Origin: the human T2T-CHM13v2.0 reference genome, Homo sapiens
Direction: 5' to 3' (one strand)
Length of the DNA: 64,000 nt
Assembly (NCBI RefSeq): GCF_009914755.1
Contig: NC_060927.1
Below are positions 14,336 to 27,371 of the stretch, piece after piece (position 1 is the first letter of the stretch; each line of letters begins with the position of its first letter). Below the pieces are notes generated by a model, which worked only from the letters and a program-made list of their open reading frames with translations, was not told the origin of the DNA and did not search any database. The translations under genes and the position numbers were made by a program.

Positions 14336-16147
14336 TTCAGAATGATGATTTCTAAAGTCTTCTAGAAATTCCTGTAAACATACAAGTGAAAATTTAGAGT
14401 AGTTGGGTTTCTTCAGAGATCATTCACAATGGCTTTGACAGTTAAAGCTATGAATGTATGATCTCAGAAGTGAGTAGAGGAAGATAGAGTAGGGTCTTAT
14501 AAATCAGAATGAAGAGGAATAGAAGACAGAGATGGTTAAAGTACACAAATATTGGGAGAAAAACTAAGTGCAATATCAACTTGTCTGGAGTTTTACCTGA
14601 TATTCTCTATTAAAATAATTTTATTAATTTCTATTTGCTGTTATTTCCAGAATCTGATGTATATAATGTGCATGTTTTATAATGAATGCAATCTTCCTTA
14701 TATAACAATAACTACAGCTGACCTATAAATTTGAAACCATCATCTCATTAGGCATGCTAGCTTCTGAAATCAGGAATTATCTATTAACCAATAACAGAAG
14801 CATTAAAATTCATTTTAACAAAATTTTACATTTGAAAAACTAGGTAAAAATTGCCTGTATGCCTGTGCTTGAAGATCTTAGTCTTTCTTAAATAATGGAT
14901 TTTATCTTTAATTCTATATAATTAGAAAACAAAACATATTTAGATAAAACATTTATGTCAAATCATCAAGTTACTTCTACCAGTTCATTAGCTTAATATT
15001 CATAGCACATTAATATTTTCATATAGAAACTTAAACAAATAGAAACTCTGTTCTATAAAACTGAAGGGTAAGCATCTAAGCCATTTGTTCTCAAATTCAG
15101 CCATTGCTGTTATTACTGCAGAGTAATAAGAACTTAATTTTTATTGAAATAGGAGAAAATTTTAAAATGCTGACATTAATGAAATATAAATATTTAATGA
15201 GATTATCTTCCCTGCATGACTGGCTTTATTTTCAATTGTTTATCTTCATTATAATTCAAAAAATTAATTCTCCTTTTATTCAGGATAATGTGTATTTACA
15301 ACTATAGGTCATATGCCAGAAATTTTGGCTGTTGTCCCTGAAATTTAATTAGAGGTTCAGAAGCCTCCTCAATAAGAAATTAACCTAACCCACTCTATTT
15401 TGAATTCTCTCAGAGAATACATGACAATGACGACTGGTATATATCCTGGATAAACATAATTTATGAAAATTGTTGTTGAACCAAAGTGATAACTTATTAA
15501 ATGCAATGTTTAAAAGTCACAGTGAAAGAATGATAATGAAAAAAGCATAGGTTACAGTTTTTTCTTTTCCAATTATTTTCAATTAATGCAATACATATTT
15601 ATTTTTTAAACAGGGTTAATATTTGTGTTTCTTTAAGACAATTTCCCTAGTGCAATACACTGAGTGTGGTAAATTTGAATGGCATCATTGAACCATCATT
15701 GACAAAATGATACTATGTTTTCCTTTTATTTAGAAACTACTGTGTCCATTTGTTGAAATACCTTTCACAAATATAAGAGTATAAGGTCAAGGAAATAATA
15801 AGTCTTATGGAATATACTTGTGAGTCTTTCTACATTACCAAATTCTCTACCTTCAAATAGAACCAAGAAGTATCAGGAAGCTTAAAAAACATAGTGAGCC
15901 TTGGATATCAGAATTAATTTGTTACAGTAGAATTGATACAGTAGATATCAGCTGATTTTCCATTTTTTTAATTAAAAATAAATTCTCTGGGATAATATGT
16001 AGAACTTAAGCAATAGTAAAATTTGACAATTTTAATTTTGTTTGTTCAATTTATTTGTCTCAAAAGATGCCAAATTAAAGTGCTGTAGCAGTTAAAGATG
16101 CTTTTTTACATTAACAATTAGTTGATTTTCACATAATAAAAATTGTT

Positions 16148-16449
<302 letters not shown>

Positions 16450-16499
16450 TGTTCAATAATAAAGCATATTAAAATAAAATAGAATGACAGAAATCATAT

Positions 16500-16590
16500 G
16501 TACCCCAAACATCAGTATCATGCAATATACCCAGGTAACACACCTGCGCATATACCCCCTGAATGTAAAATAAAAGTAAAAAAATAAAAC
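16500..16590 (+). mobile_element. Extreme 3' end of an old L1 (L1PB/late L1PA type)
   Basis: 'ccccaaacatcagtatcatgcaatatacccaggtaacacacctgcgcatataccccctgaatgtaaaataaaagt' followed by an A-rich tail. Confidence 0.75.
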
Positions 16591-17046
16591 AATATAAATA
16601 ATTAAATAAATAAAATGAAGATCTGACTTATTCTGAAAATTTAATTAGGCTCATCTCACCATGTTTAATCTAAAGTGTTATACCATGATAACACTACATA
16701 AAAAGAATAGTTTAAAACAAAACAAGCTAATAGTCTTCCCCAATGCAGACTCTTGGCCAATCTAGAAAGGTTGGGCCATATATAACAGAGTTTTTGTCAT
16801 CTCTTTTTTCTAAAATGAATGATAGAAGAATAAGGAAGAATTATAGTGCTGATTTTTGTAGTAGTGAGTATCCCCAGAAAAAAAATCGGTTTAATTTATA
16901 TCACAAAGATAATTGTGTGTGTGTGTGTGTGTGTATGCATATGTCTCTTCCAAATACTAACATTACTGACTTTTTCAAAGCCAAGAAAATGTTGCAAAAG
17001 AGGAAAAAGAAAAGAGAGTATTTTATAGTACTACTTGCTAACTACC

Positions 17047-17473
17047 TGCTATGGTTTGTCTTTGCCAAAATTTATATTGAAATTTGATTGTGGCAACATT
17101 GGAGCTGGAGCCTAGTGGGAGGTCTTTGGGTTGTGGAAGTGGATTTCCTCATGAATGGCTGGGTGCCTTCTCAAGGTAGTGAGTACGTTCTCACTCTGGA
17201 GAGCCTGGATTAGTTCTTCTGGAAATGAGTTAATTCCTGAGAGAATGAATTTTTATAAAATGAGAATGCCCCTTGGGTTTTCCCTGCTTGTATGTATCTG
17301 CCTCCCTTTGACCTTCCGCTATGTTGTGACATAGCACCAGAAGCTGAGCAGATGCTGGCACCATGCCTTTGAACTTCCTAGTCTATAAAACCATGAGCCA
17401 AATGAACCTCTTTTCTTTATAAATTACACATATTCAGGCATTCTGCTATAGCAACACGAAACAGTCTAAGACA
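17047..17473 (+). mobile_element. MSTB/MSTC-like solo LTR with 5 bp TSD
   Basis: TG...CA termini ('tgctatggtttg'...'ctaagaca') flanked by CTACC on both sides. Confidence 0.9.
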
Positions 17474-17999
17474 CTACCCTATTCCTTTCTTACATTCTTG
17501 TAGGTGAGTTACTAAAGAAGGAGCTAGTATGCCTTCTTTAAAAAAAAAACAATGGCATGGCAATTGTTTCTATATTTTTGCCATTCTTGCTATGTACTAA
17601 ACATTTACATTTCTTCTTGGAACCACATTTAAATAGTTTTTCTTCCCCAAGGGTAAACCTCTTTAACACATAGTATAGGTAAACTATCCTTGTCTTTTAA
17701 TCATTAGTTGGACCAGTATACCAAAAAAAAGAAAAAAAAATCATTGCAATTTAAAAGGTAAATAATTTAAGTTTTATAAGTGCCTAATTTTTAAAGGGTC
17801 AAATGACCTTTTAGATATTTAATTTCTTCCCATTGTTAAAATGGAAAATAATTTTATTAAAATATGTAGTATAAAAATCACACACATTTCATAAAAACTT
17901 TAAAGAACTGTGGTAAATCAGTGAATTCCAATCTGTTCTTGGAAAGAAGAGAAGTACTTTAAAAATATTTCTTATTTTATTTTTAAAGAGAAATAACTT

Positions 18000-20264
18000 T
18001 GTACTAGTTTGTTCTCATGCTGCTATAAAGAAATACCAGAGACTGGGTAATTTATAAAGAAAAGAGGTTTAATTGAATTACACTTCTGCATGGCAGTGGA
18101 GGCCTCAGGAAACTTACCATCATGGTAGAAAGCATCTCTTCACAGGGAAGTAGGAGAGAGAATGAATGCAAGCAGAGGAAATTCCAGGCACTTTTAAAAC
18201 CATCAGATCTTGTGAGGCTAACTCACTATCAGCAGAACAGCATGGGGGAAACACCCCCATGATCTGATTATCTCCACCTGGTCCTTCCCTTGACATATGG
18301 GGATTATGCGGATTACAGTTGAAGGTGAGATTTGGATGGGGACACAGCCAAATCATATAATCCTGCCCTGGCCCCTCCCAAATCTCATATCCTCACATTT
18401 CAAAACACAATCATGCCTTTTCAGGAGTCCCCCAAACTCTTAACTAATTCCAGCATTAACCCAAAAGTCCAAGTCCATAGTCTCATCTGCAACAAAAAAA
18501 GTCCCTTCCACCTATGGGCCTGTAAAACCAAAAACAAGTTAGTTCCTTCCCAGAAACAATGGGGGTACAGGTATTGGGTAAATATACACATTCTAAATGG
18601 GAGAAATTGACCAAAACAAAGGGCTATAGGCCCCATGCAAGTCCAAAATCCAACAGGGCAGTCATTAAACCCTAAAGTTCCAAAATGATCTTTCTTTACT
18701 CCATGTCTAACATCCAGGTCATGCTGATGGAAGAAGTGGACTCTGATGGCCTTGGGCAACTCTGTCCCTGTGGCCTTGAAGGGTACAAGTCCCATCCCAG
18801 CTGCTTTCACAGGCTGGTATTGAGTATCTGTGGCTTTTCCATGCATGTGGTGCAAGCTGTGTGTGGTCCTACTATTCTGGGGTCAGGAAGACAGTGGCTC
18901 TCTTCTCACAGCTCCATTAGGCAGTGCCCCAGTAGGGACTCTGTGTAGGGGCTTCAAACCCACATTTCCCTTCTGCACTGCACTAGCAGAGGTTCTCCAT
19001 AAGGTATCCACCCCTAGAGCAAACCTTTGCCTGGTCACCCAGGAATTTCCACGTATCTTCTGAAATCTAGGCAGAGGTTCCCAAACCTCAATTCTTGACC
19101 TCTGTGCACCCACAGGCTCAAAACCATGTGGAAGACACCAGGGCTTGAGGCTTGCACCCTCTGAAGTAATGGCTGGAGCTGTACCATGGCCCCTTTTAGC
19201 CATGGCTGGGGCTGAAGCAGCTGGGATGCAGGGCACCATGTCCCTAGGCTGGACAGAGCAGGGGTTCCCTGGGCATGGCCTATGAAACCATTTTTCTCTC
19301 CCAGGCCTCTGGGCCTATAATGGGAGGGGCTGCTGTGAAAATCTGTGACATGCCCTGAAGTCATTTTGCCCTTTGTCTTGGTGATTAACATTCATCTCCT
19401 CATTACTTATGCAAATTTCTGTAGCGGGCTTGCATTTCCTCTCAGAAAATGGGTTTTTCTTTTCTATGGCATCATTAGGATGTGAATTTTCAAACTTTTA
19501 TGCTCTGCTTCCCCTTGAATGCTTTGCCACTTAGAAATTTCTTCTGCCAGATACCCTACATCATCTCTCTCAAGTTCAAAGTTCCATACATCTTGACCGC
19601 AGGGGCAAAATGCCTCCAGTCTCTTTGCTAAAGCATAGCAAGAGTCACCTTTATTCCAATTCCCAACAAGTTCCTCATCTTCATCTGAGACAACTTCAGC
19701 CTGTACTTCATTGTTCACATCACTGTCAGCATCTTGGTCAAAACCATTCAACAAATCTCTAGGAAGTTCCAAACTTTACCACATCTTTTTTCTTCTTCTG
19801 AGCCCTCTAAACTGTTCCAATTTCTACCTGTCAACCAGTTCTAAAATTTCTTTCACATTTTTGGGTATCTTTATAGCAATGCCTACCAATGTACTGTGTT
19901 ATTCTGTTGTCACACTGCTATGAAGAAGTACCCAAGACTGGGTAATTTATAAGGAAAAGAGCTTTAATTGACTGATAGTTCCACATGGCTGGGAGGCCTC
20001 AGAAATCTTACAATCATGGCAGAAGGCACCTCTTCACAGACAGGCAGAAGAGAGAATGGGTACAAGCAGGGGAAATTGGGGACACTTTTAAAACTATCAG
20101 ATCTCATGAGACTCACTCACTATCACTTATCAGGAGAACAGCACGGGGGAAACTGCCTCCATGATCAGATTGCCTCTACCTGGTCCCACCCTTGACATAT
20201 GGGGATAAGGGGGATTACAATTCAAGGTGTTGTTTGGGTGAGGACACAGAACCAAACCATATCA
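18000..20264 (-). mobile_element. Complete THE1 (THE1D-like) MaLR element: LTR 18000-18360, internal 18361-19894, LTR 19895-20264
   Basis: Two homologous LTRs ending 'gacacag..aaa(t/c)catat(a/c)a'; THE1-int between them; TSD AACTT/AACAT. Confidence 0.95.
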
Positions 20265-20394
20265 AACATCAGTTTCATTGTGCAATAATTATGGAATATA
20301 TAGTTTTTAAGTGGGCATGTTAAGACCACAGAAAATTTCAAGAAAGCATTTTTTTCTTATACAGTATTAGGACAAATCAAAATTCTAGACAAAG

Positions 20395-21064
20395 GTGTAA
20401 TTCTACCTATTGAAAATAAATAGAAGAGATTCACTTCTCTTCCATTTTCTTAGACTTTATACTTGAGAAAACCTAAAATTGTGAATAAATTGTCCTCTCT
20501 TTTTGTATGTACAAAAACTCTTTTGAAATTTAGATAGGCCTTTTGTCAGCTGTAGACCCAAGAATGTCTTCTCAAAGACACTGCAACCATATCTTTGAAA
20601 TGTAAACACAGGGAAGAGCTCTCCCTATCTCTGATTCTGTAGGAGGGTAAGAGCCTAACTTTGGTGGACACCTTGCTCTAAGTTGCAAAAATACCTATTA
20701 TCATAAAGATATGAGAATTCTATTTTTCCTATGAATAAAGCTACTTAGCAAACAAAGATTAGTACCCTAATTACCAGGTAAATCTATGATAAACCCCAAG
20801 TGACAAATGGTGCTATCAAGTTCTCTTACTTCAATGCTAGTTATTATTATCTTAAAGACATATATGTAATTGATTTTACTTACTTGGCTTCATAAGAGTG
20901 TGAAATATCTTTCTGTCTTGGAGGATTTTTTATGAGGTGGTCACATTCTGGTTTAAGTGTTTTTTGTTTTTTTTTTTTATAGAGCTATTTTCTTTTTCTA
21001 CTACCTTTGTACAGGGGACTTCTGGGTTGGAAGAGGTTTTGTTTTCAATTATATTCTCCCAACA
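20395..21064 (+). mobile_element. MER34-like ERV1 LTR
   Basis: 'atctttgaaatgtaaacacagggaagagctctccctatctctgattctgtaggagggtaagagcctaactt' and terminal 'tattctcccaaca'. The left boundary is approximate. Confidence 0.75.
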
Positions 21065-23748
21065 TTAGCATCTATGAAACTATCTTTGTAAGTTAAAGTA
21101 CAAAAACAAAGCTAAACTAAAAGTACTTTTAAGACTAGTGGTAAGGAAATGCAATTGCAACTATAGTGAACACTTACTATAATGCAAATAATTTTTCAAT
21201 CAGTGTAACATACTCAATTTTACTCTCATGATGACATTTATTAGGAATCATAGTTTCCATTGTTCCCACAAACATTAGTTAATGTTACATTCTTATAGTT
21301 ATTCTCAGTTTCAATTACTCTTTAGAAATACATAGATTTAGCAATACTATTCAAGATCAAAACAATATAATTTAAAAAAATAATACATATAGTTTTTTAG
21401 CATTTCAGCCTAGGGAGTTTTGAAAAGAAGGTACTTAATTTGCTTTCTATTTCCACAATTAATATGTTAAACCTTCAGAATTTGTTTGATTTCCTTTCTG
21501 TGGTAACAAATCTATTATTGCATATACATGTCAATAAAATATTGGATATCATTATCATGTAATTAGTAAGTTTCAATGAATGATTTCTTTTTGATAATTA
21601 ACAGGCAATTTTTGAGATACTTCATATTTAATGATATATTTAATTAGATATTGAAAACACTCTAGGAAGATACTGCATGGAAAATTGCCGTATTCAAATA
21701 CATATTATGCTTGACATTTTTAAAACAAATAAATATTAAATATTGAATATATTATTTACCTAGTCATTAATCAAAATATAATATTAATTGGGAATTTGCC
21801 ATTAACATACTGAATATATTCAATTTTTAATTTCATTATTCGAATCTTGGTAATTTTCAACAATTTGAAGTACTTCAGATATTTGACATTACAAAAATTT
21901 TTGTAACTTTTTTAATATAAAATATAATATAATGATAATATAATAATTTTTGTAACTTTTTAAATATAAAAAGTTATGAAGATATGCATGATTAAGTGTT
22001 TCCTTTAGTAGAAAAGTACAGAAGGTTTGAAGAAAATATTTTATTTCAGAATTTAATCTCACATCTCACATGTGGTCAGATAATCACAGTGCTTTTGTTT
22101 TTTTGTTTGTTTGTTTTGCTTTTTAGGAGGATGGAGGTAAAATAATAATAACTGCAGTAGGAAATTTCTCTTCTAAATAATGATAATCAAGATTGAAAAT
22201 CTGTAGTACTGGAATGCAGTGACTCAAAGTGCACTAATGTTTTATAAACTGTTATAACAAGGCCACATTTACCTTAGTATTTAGTTCATTATTAAATTTG
22301 CATTTTTACATCTTGTGTGATTTGTAAGAGCAGAATTTTTTTTAAATTCCAAAATGTTTAAATTTACTTTTTAATCAATAATCCTTTGTCAAATAAAGGG
22401 TAAACATAGGCTTAATATTTTCAATATGACTCTCACTGATATGATTGGCTATGCATTGTTAAGCCACAGAGCATACGTTTAAGTGTTGGATAGGGCACTA
22501 TTAGGTTAATTTATACATACTAAAGACAATAGCAAACAGTGTCAAGTGATAAATACATAGCTCAGGGGAAAAACAGGAAGAACTGTTTTCTCGTTTTAAT
22601 ATCTCTCCCCTGGGCCTGATAATTAAAAAACAAACAAACAAACAACAACAACAAAAAAAACTCACATTTCTGAGATAAAAGTTATTTCTATTATAAACTC
22701 CCTAAGCTGTGAAAGCACTCTCCAAGACACATACAGTTTCAAAAGTAGTATGTGAAAATATTACTGACTCGAGGATCTTCAGCACAAATTCTGACTAATG
22801 AGCAGCTGATCACAAAACTACTGGGCTATCTCAGAGGCAATCCCTAAAATATTAGGCTTAAATATAAAAACATGGAAAAAGGCAATCATATCAGAATCAG
22901 CAGAGACCACACTAGCAGGGAAATAGTCTTCACAGAGTTAGTCCAAGCCAATCACTAAAACAAACAAAAAAGCAAATAAGCAAATGATAATAGCTACAAG
23001 CCCTGGGGAAAAGAATCAGTATCCAGAGTTGCTGCAAAATGTTATACAAAAACTCTCATTTTAGCAACAACAAAAAAAAGAGACTTGCAAAGAATCAGGA
23101 AGATATGACCCATGCACAGGTACAATCAGGCACCAAAAACTGTTTTTGAGAAGAGCTAGATGTTGGACTGCACAAAAGGACTTCAAAGAACCTATAATAA
23201 ATATGTTGCAAATACTAAAGGAAGCTATATTTAAATAATTAATGGTATAATACTAAACAGTTATTAAATAGAGAATATCATTAAAGAGTTAGGAACTATT
23301 TTAAAATGGAAATTCTAAAGAAGTAAAATAACCAAAGTAAAAAAAAATTACTAGAGAAGCTGTGCAGTAGATTGGAGCTGGTACAAGAAAGAATCAATGA
23401 ACTTGAAGGTAGTTCAATATATACATTTTACAATTTGAAGAACAGAAAGAATAAGGCATTAAAGAAAATAAAATCTCAGAGGAACTAGGACATCGTTGAG
23501 CACAGTAGTATATGCAAAATTGGAAGAGCAGAGGGATAGGAGAGAGAAAAAGAAATGAAAAATAAATTACAAATAATAATGACTGAAAATTTGCCAAATG
23601 AGACTAAAAACTACTCAATAATCTTTGAATACAATGCATCTTCCTCAATATGTTAAAAAGCATCTGCAAACAACCAACAACTAACATCATACTTAATGGT
23701 GAAAAAAGTTTTTCCCCAACATTAGACAAGGATATCCACTCTTGGAAA

Positions 23749-24317
23749 TGTAGAGACGTTTAAGATGTGATAACTTGAGTCTACTAAAAAAACTGATAAT
23801 AGACTAACAGGAAAAAAAGGCATACAAATTTTATAACATACACTCTTGTGTATGAGAGATGTACAAAATCTAAAAACTCAAAGGCAGGATGCCTGGTGCT
23901 TTTCTACTATCTTAACGTTACAAAAAGAACAGGAACTTGAACTGTGGCAAAGACAGATATTGGCAAAACAGGTTATCGGAGGGAGAGAAGAGGAAGATAA
24001 GCATAGGGAAAAGGTGGTCTTGTTGTGTAGATGAAATCTCACAGGTAATAGCCCTTAGTAAAAATAGATGATAAATATTTCTGTCAGACTTTTGAAGATG
24101 TCAGGCTCTCAATTAATCTCTCCTGTATTTGGACAAGGCAGACTTCAGAGAAAGACTGTTTGCATCTGTTGTTTTCTTCAATTTATTTTCTCGGCAGATG
24201 CAAATCTCCACAAGAGGCAGCATTTTAGCTTTAGTTTTTTTTTTCAGCTCTTCTGAATAGCCATCCTGAAATATGTTAAAGAAGTATACTTTAGGGTAAA
24301 ATTTTTGGTTTCCTTCA
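23749..24317 (-). mobile_element. MER4-group ERV1 solo LTR (MER39-like) nested in L1
   Basis: The minus strand begins TGAAGGAAACCAAAAATTTTACCCTAAAGTATACTTCTTTAACATATTTC, the typical start of this group. Confidence 0.8.
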
Positions 24318-24960
24318 CCAGTTCTGTTTAACATGGCACTGTAAGTTCTAATAAGGGCAATAAAGTAAGGAAAATAAATAAATAGCATCCATATTAGAAA
24401 GGAAGGAGTAATACTATATTTGTGGATGCCATGATCTTGCATATAACAACTCAAGAATCATACACTAAAAACTATTAGATATAAGAAATGAGTTCAGCAA
24501 AATTGTAGGGTACACAGTCAATATACAAGCATAACATTCAGAAAGTAAAATTTAGAAAACAATTTTATTACAATCTTATCAAAAAGATTAAAGTACTTTT
24601 GTTAATAAATTTAACCAAAAAAGTAGAAGTCTTGTACACTGAAAACAATAAAACATTAAAAAAAGAACTAAATAAATAGGAAAAAATTTTATGTTGATGG
24701 ATTAGAAAACAACATTATTAAGGTGTCATTACTTCCCAAATTGATCTACAGATTCATTGAAATCTCTATCAATATCCAACAGCTTCTTTGCAGAAATGGA
24801 CAAATTGATGCCAGAATTCATATGTAATTGCAAAGGAATACAAATAGCCAAAACAATCTTTAAAAAGAAGCACAGTGTTAGAGGGTTCACATAGCTTGAT
24901 TTCATTAATTATACATAATTATACAATTACTATAATCAAAACAGTGTAGTACTGGTATCA

Positions 24961-25044
24961 GGATAGATATGTAGATATACTGATAGATATGTAGATATAC
25001 TGATACATATGTAGATATACTGAATAGATATGTGGATATACTGT
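24961..25044. repeat. Minisatellite, ~4 x 20 bp (GATAGATATGTAGATATACT)
   Basis: Seen directly in the sequence. Confidence 0.9.
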
Positions 25045-25762
25045 ATGGAACTGAAAGTCTATAATTCAGCCCACACATCCATGGTCAGTTGATTTTGGGC
25101 AGGGTGTTAAAACTAATATTTGGGAGGGGATAGTCTTTTCAACAAATACTGCTGGGAAAGCCTGATATCCAAGCAAAATAATAATAATAATGACAATGAT
25201 TTTTTATTTCACACTGTATACAAGATTATTTCAAGGTTATTAGAAATCTAAATGTGAGCTTAAACTATAAAGCACTTAGAAAAACATACGAATATTAAAA
25301 ATAAACAAATTGGACTTCTTCAGAGTTAAAAATCTTTGTCTTCAAACAACATCATGAAGTGCAAAGACAACACAGAATTGGACAAAAATCCTCTTTAAGT
25401 CATATATCTAATTGTAATCTCCTGATGGGTTCATCTTCCCCACTGCCCAGAAAAGCAGATTCACTGAGAACAGCAGGTGGAACTTAAGAAACTACAATCA
25501 CTAGGTTGGAACGTGTTCTTGAGGATTTCAATATATTTGAACCCTCCCACATTGCTGATGGGGTTTTAAAATGACACAGGATATTTTGAATTCAGTTTTC
25601 CAGTTCCTCAAAATATTAAATAGACAGTTAACTTATGACCCAGAAATTTCACTTGGGTAGGTATGTACCCAAGAGACATGAAAACATATCTACACAAGAA
25701 AACTTGTACATTATTGTGCATAGCAGTATTATTTGTAATGACCACAAATTGCAAATAACCCG

Positions 25763-26296
25763 TGTAGGGGAAAAATTATAATTTCTTTTCTTTCTCGTTT
25801 TAGGTTCTTAGTTGAGACACTCTCCTGAAAACAAAAATCTGAAAAGTCAGATTAACAAAAGAAAAACAAACAGGTTTATTAATAACAAAAGAAAAACAAA
25901 CAGGTTTATTAATGTGTGGCATACCCATCATGCAGGAGAGCCCTCAGTTCAAAATTACTTCTTTCTCAAGACAATGGCTTAGGGGCCCTGCTTAAATAGT
26001 ATTTTAACAAATAGCCATAAATTCTATATAGTGACAAGGTCAGAGAGTATCTTCAGGCTTCCAATAGGTGTGAACATGTAGGAAGGTGACTTTAATGGAA
26101 GAGTGAGTCTTTTCCTGGATCCTCTGGTGCTGCTGTCCCTGAGCTCTGTTTCTGAGCTGATAAGCAACTGTTGTAAATGAGCCTTCCTTTAGGTAGAAAA
26201 GGCAGAGAGGAAGGGCAGAGTGTGTCCCTGCGTTTTAACCTTTTTCTTTAATTAAAATCTGCAGCATTTGAAAGAGGAACATTTTGGTTTCCTTCA
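25763..26296 (-). mobile_element. Second MER4-group ERV1 solo LTR nested in L1
   Basis: The minus strand begins TGAAGGAAACCAAAATGTTCC and ends ...CCCCTACA; 4 bp TSD CCCG/CCCA. Confidence 0.75.
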
Positions 26297-27325
26297 CCCA
26301 ATTTTCTGTTAAATAATGAATGGGTTAATAAAATATAGTATATCCATATTGATATCAGTATATCCATCTGATACTCTCTAATGGTATATCCATATAACTG
26401 AATATTACTATTTCAATGAAAGTAATGAAGTACAGATACATGTCATATTGTGGATGAATTTAAAAATATTTTGCAAAGGTAAAGAAACCAGTCACAAAAG
26501 ACCACATATTGTTTCCATTAATAAGAAATGTCCATATAGAGACAGAAAGTAGACTAGCAGTTGCTTAGAACTTCTAAAGGGTAAGAGACATATTTTTGAA
26601 TTGATAAAAAAGGTCTAAGCTTAGATTATGATGCTAATTGCACAAGTCTGAAAAACATACTAAAATATTAAATATAATTTAAATGAGTGAGTTTTATGAT
26701 GTATGAATTTTCTTTCACTAAAGTTGTTAGGTAAAAATAAAAGGAAGCACTCTCTAATGCTTCGTTTAGGAATGAAATATAAACTTTGTAAAAATACACA
26801 AATCTTGTGATTATATAAGGTTTACATATTTGCCTGAAATATTGCAAGTGTTCTGTTTTCTTGCTAAAACATTTTTATTTTTACATATTTCTAAATCTTC
26901 AATAATTCATTTGTATTGTCTTGAGTGAATCAGAAGAGGAAAACCCAAATTTTGCATTGGGAAAAGGCCGGAGTGTAAAAAATAAGGTATTTATGTGTTC
27001 GCTAGTGACATAATAAAGGACAAAGCAATGATGCAGGTCAGTCGTTGCGAACTCTGCTCTTTTGTATTTTTATAAGGCAGGCTGGAACATCCCTTGCAAG
27101 TATTTCCCTTCTTTTAAGTGTACATTGGCTGGAAAAAGTTTATTCCCACAGAATATAGTGCTGAATAGAAATCTGTCACTGGAGAAATTTGACTGTCTTT
27201 TCAGAAAGAATTCAGAGGTTTGTAGAAGGGCTCTATTATTTACTTTTTGTCTTAATTCTATTATTTTTAGAGAAAAATTTCACTGAAGTATTTTTAGAGA
27301 TTAATTCAAGCCATGGTTATTTAAT

Positions 27326-27371
27326 TAGGTTGTTGCAAAAGTAATTGCGGTTTTTGCCATTACTTTTAATG
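27326..27371. mobile_element. MADE1 (Hsmar1 mariner MITE), partial
   Basis: 'ttaggttgttgcaaaagtaattgcggtttttgccattacttttaatg' is the Hsmar1/MADE1 TIR plus centre; the second arm is missing. Confidence 0.9.

Larger units (their letters stand above)
22770..26740 (+). mobile_element. Old fragmented L1M (L1MB-type 3' end) interrupted by LTR insertions
   Basis: ORF1-like A-rich segment (~23000-23600). ORF2 remnants 'caaggatatccactctt' and 'ccagttctgtttaacatggcactg...gcatccatattagaaaggaaggagta' lie either side of an LTR. L1MB 3'UTR 'aaagaaaccagtcacaaaagaccacatattg...gagacagaaagtagactagcagttgc'. It may comprise more than one L1 copy. Confidence 0.8.

Noticed and set aside
18120-20195. Cluster of 77-144 aa ORFs
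   Set aside because: All lie within the THE1 LTRs or internal region; they are fragmented remnants, not a host gene.
22093-22143. Possible 10 nt micro-exon (long T tract + AG|GAGGATGGAG|GTAAAA)
   Set aside because: The pyrimidine tract is a simple (TTTG)n repeat, the donor is weak and the length is not frame-preserving. There is no other support.
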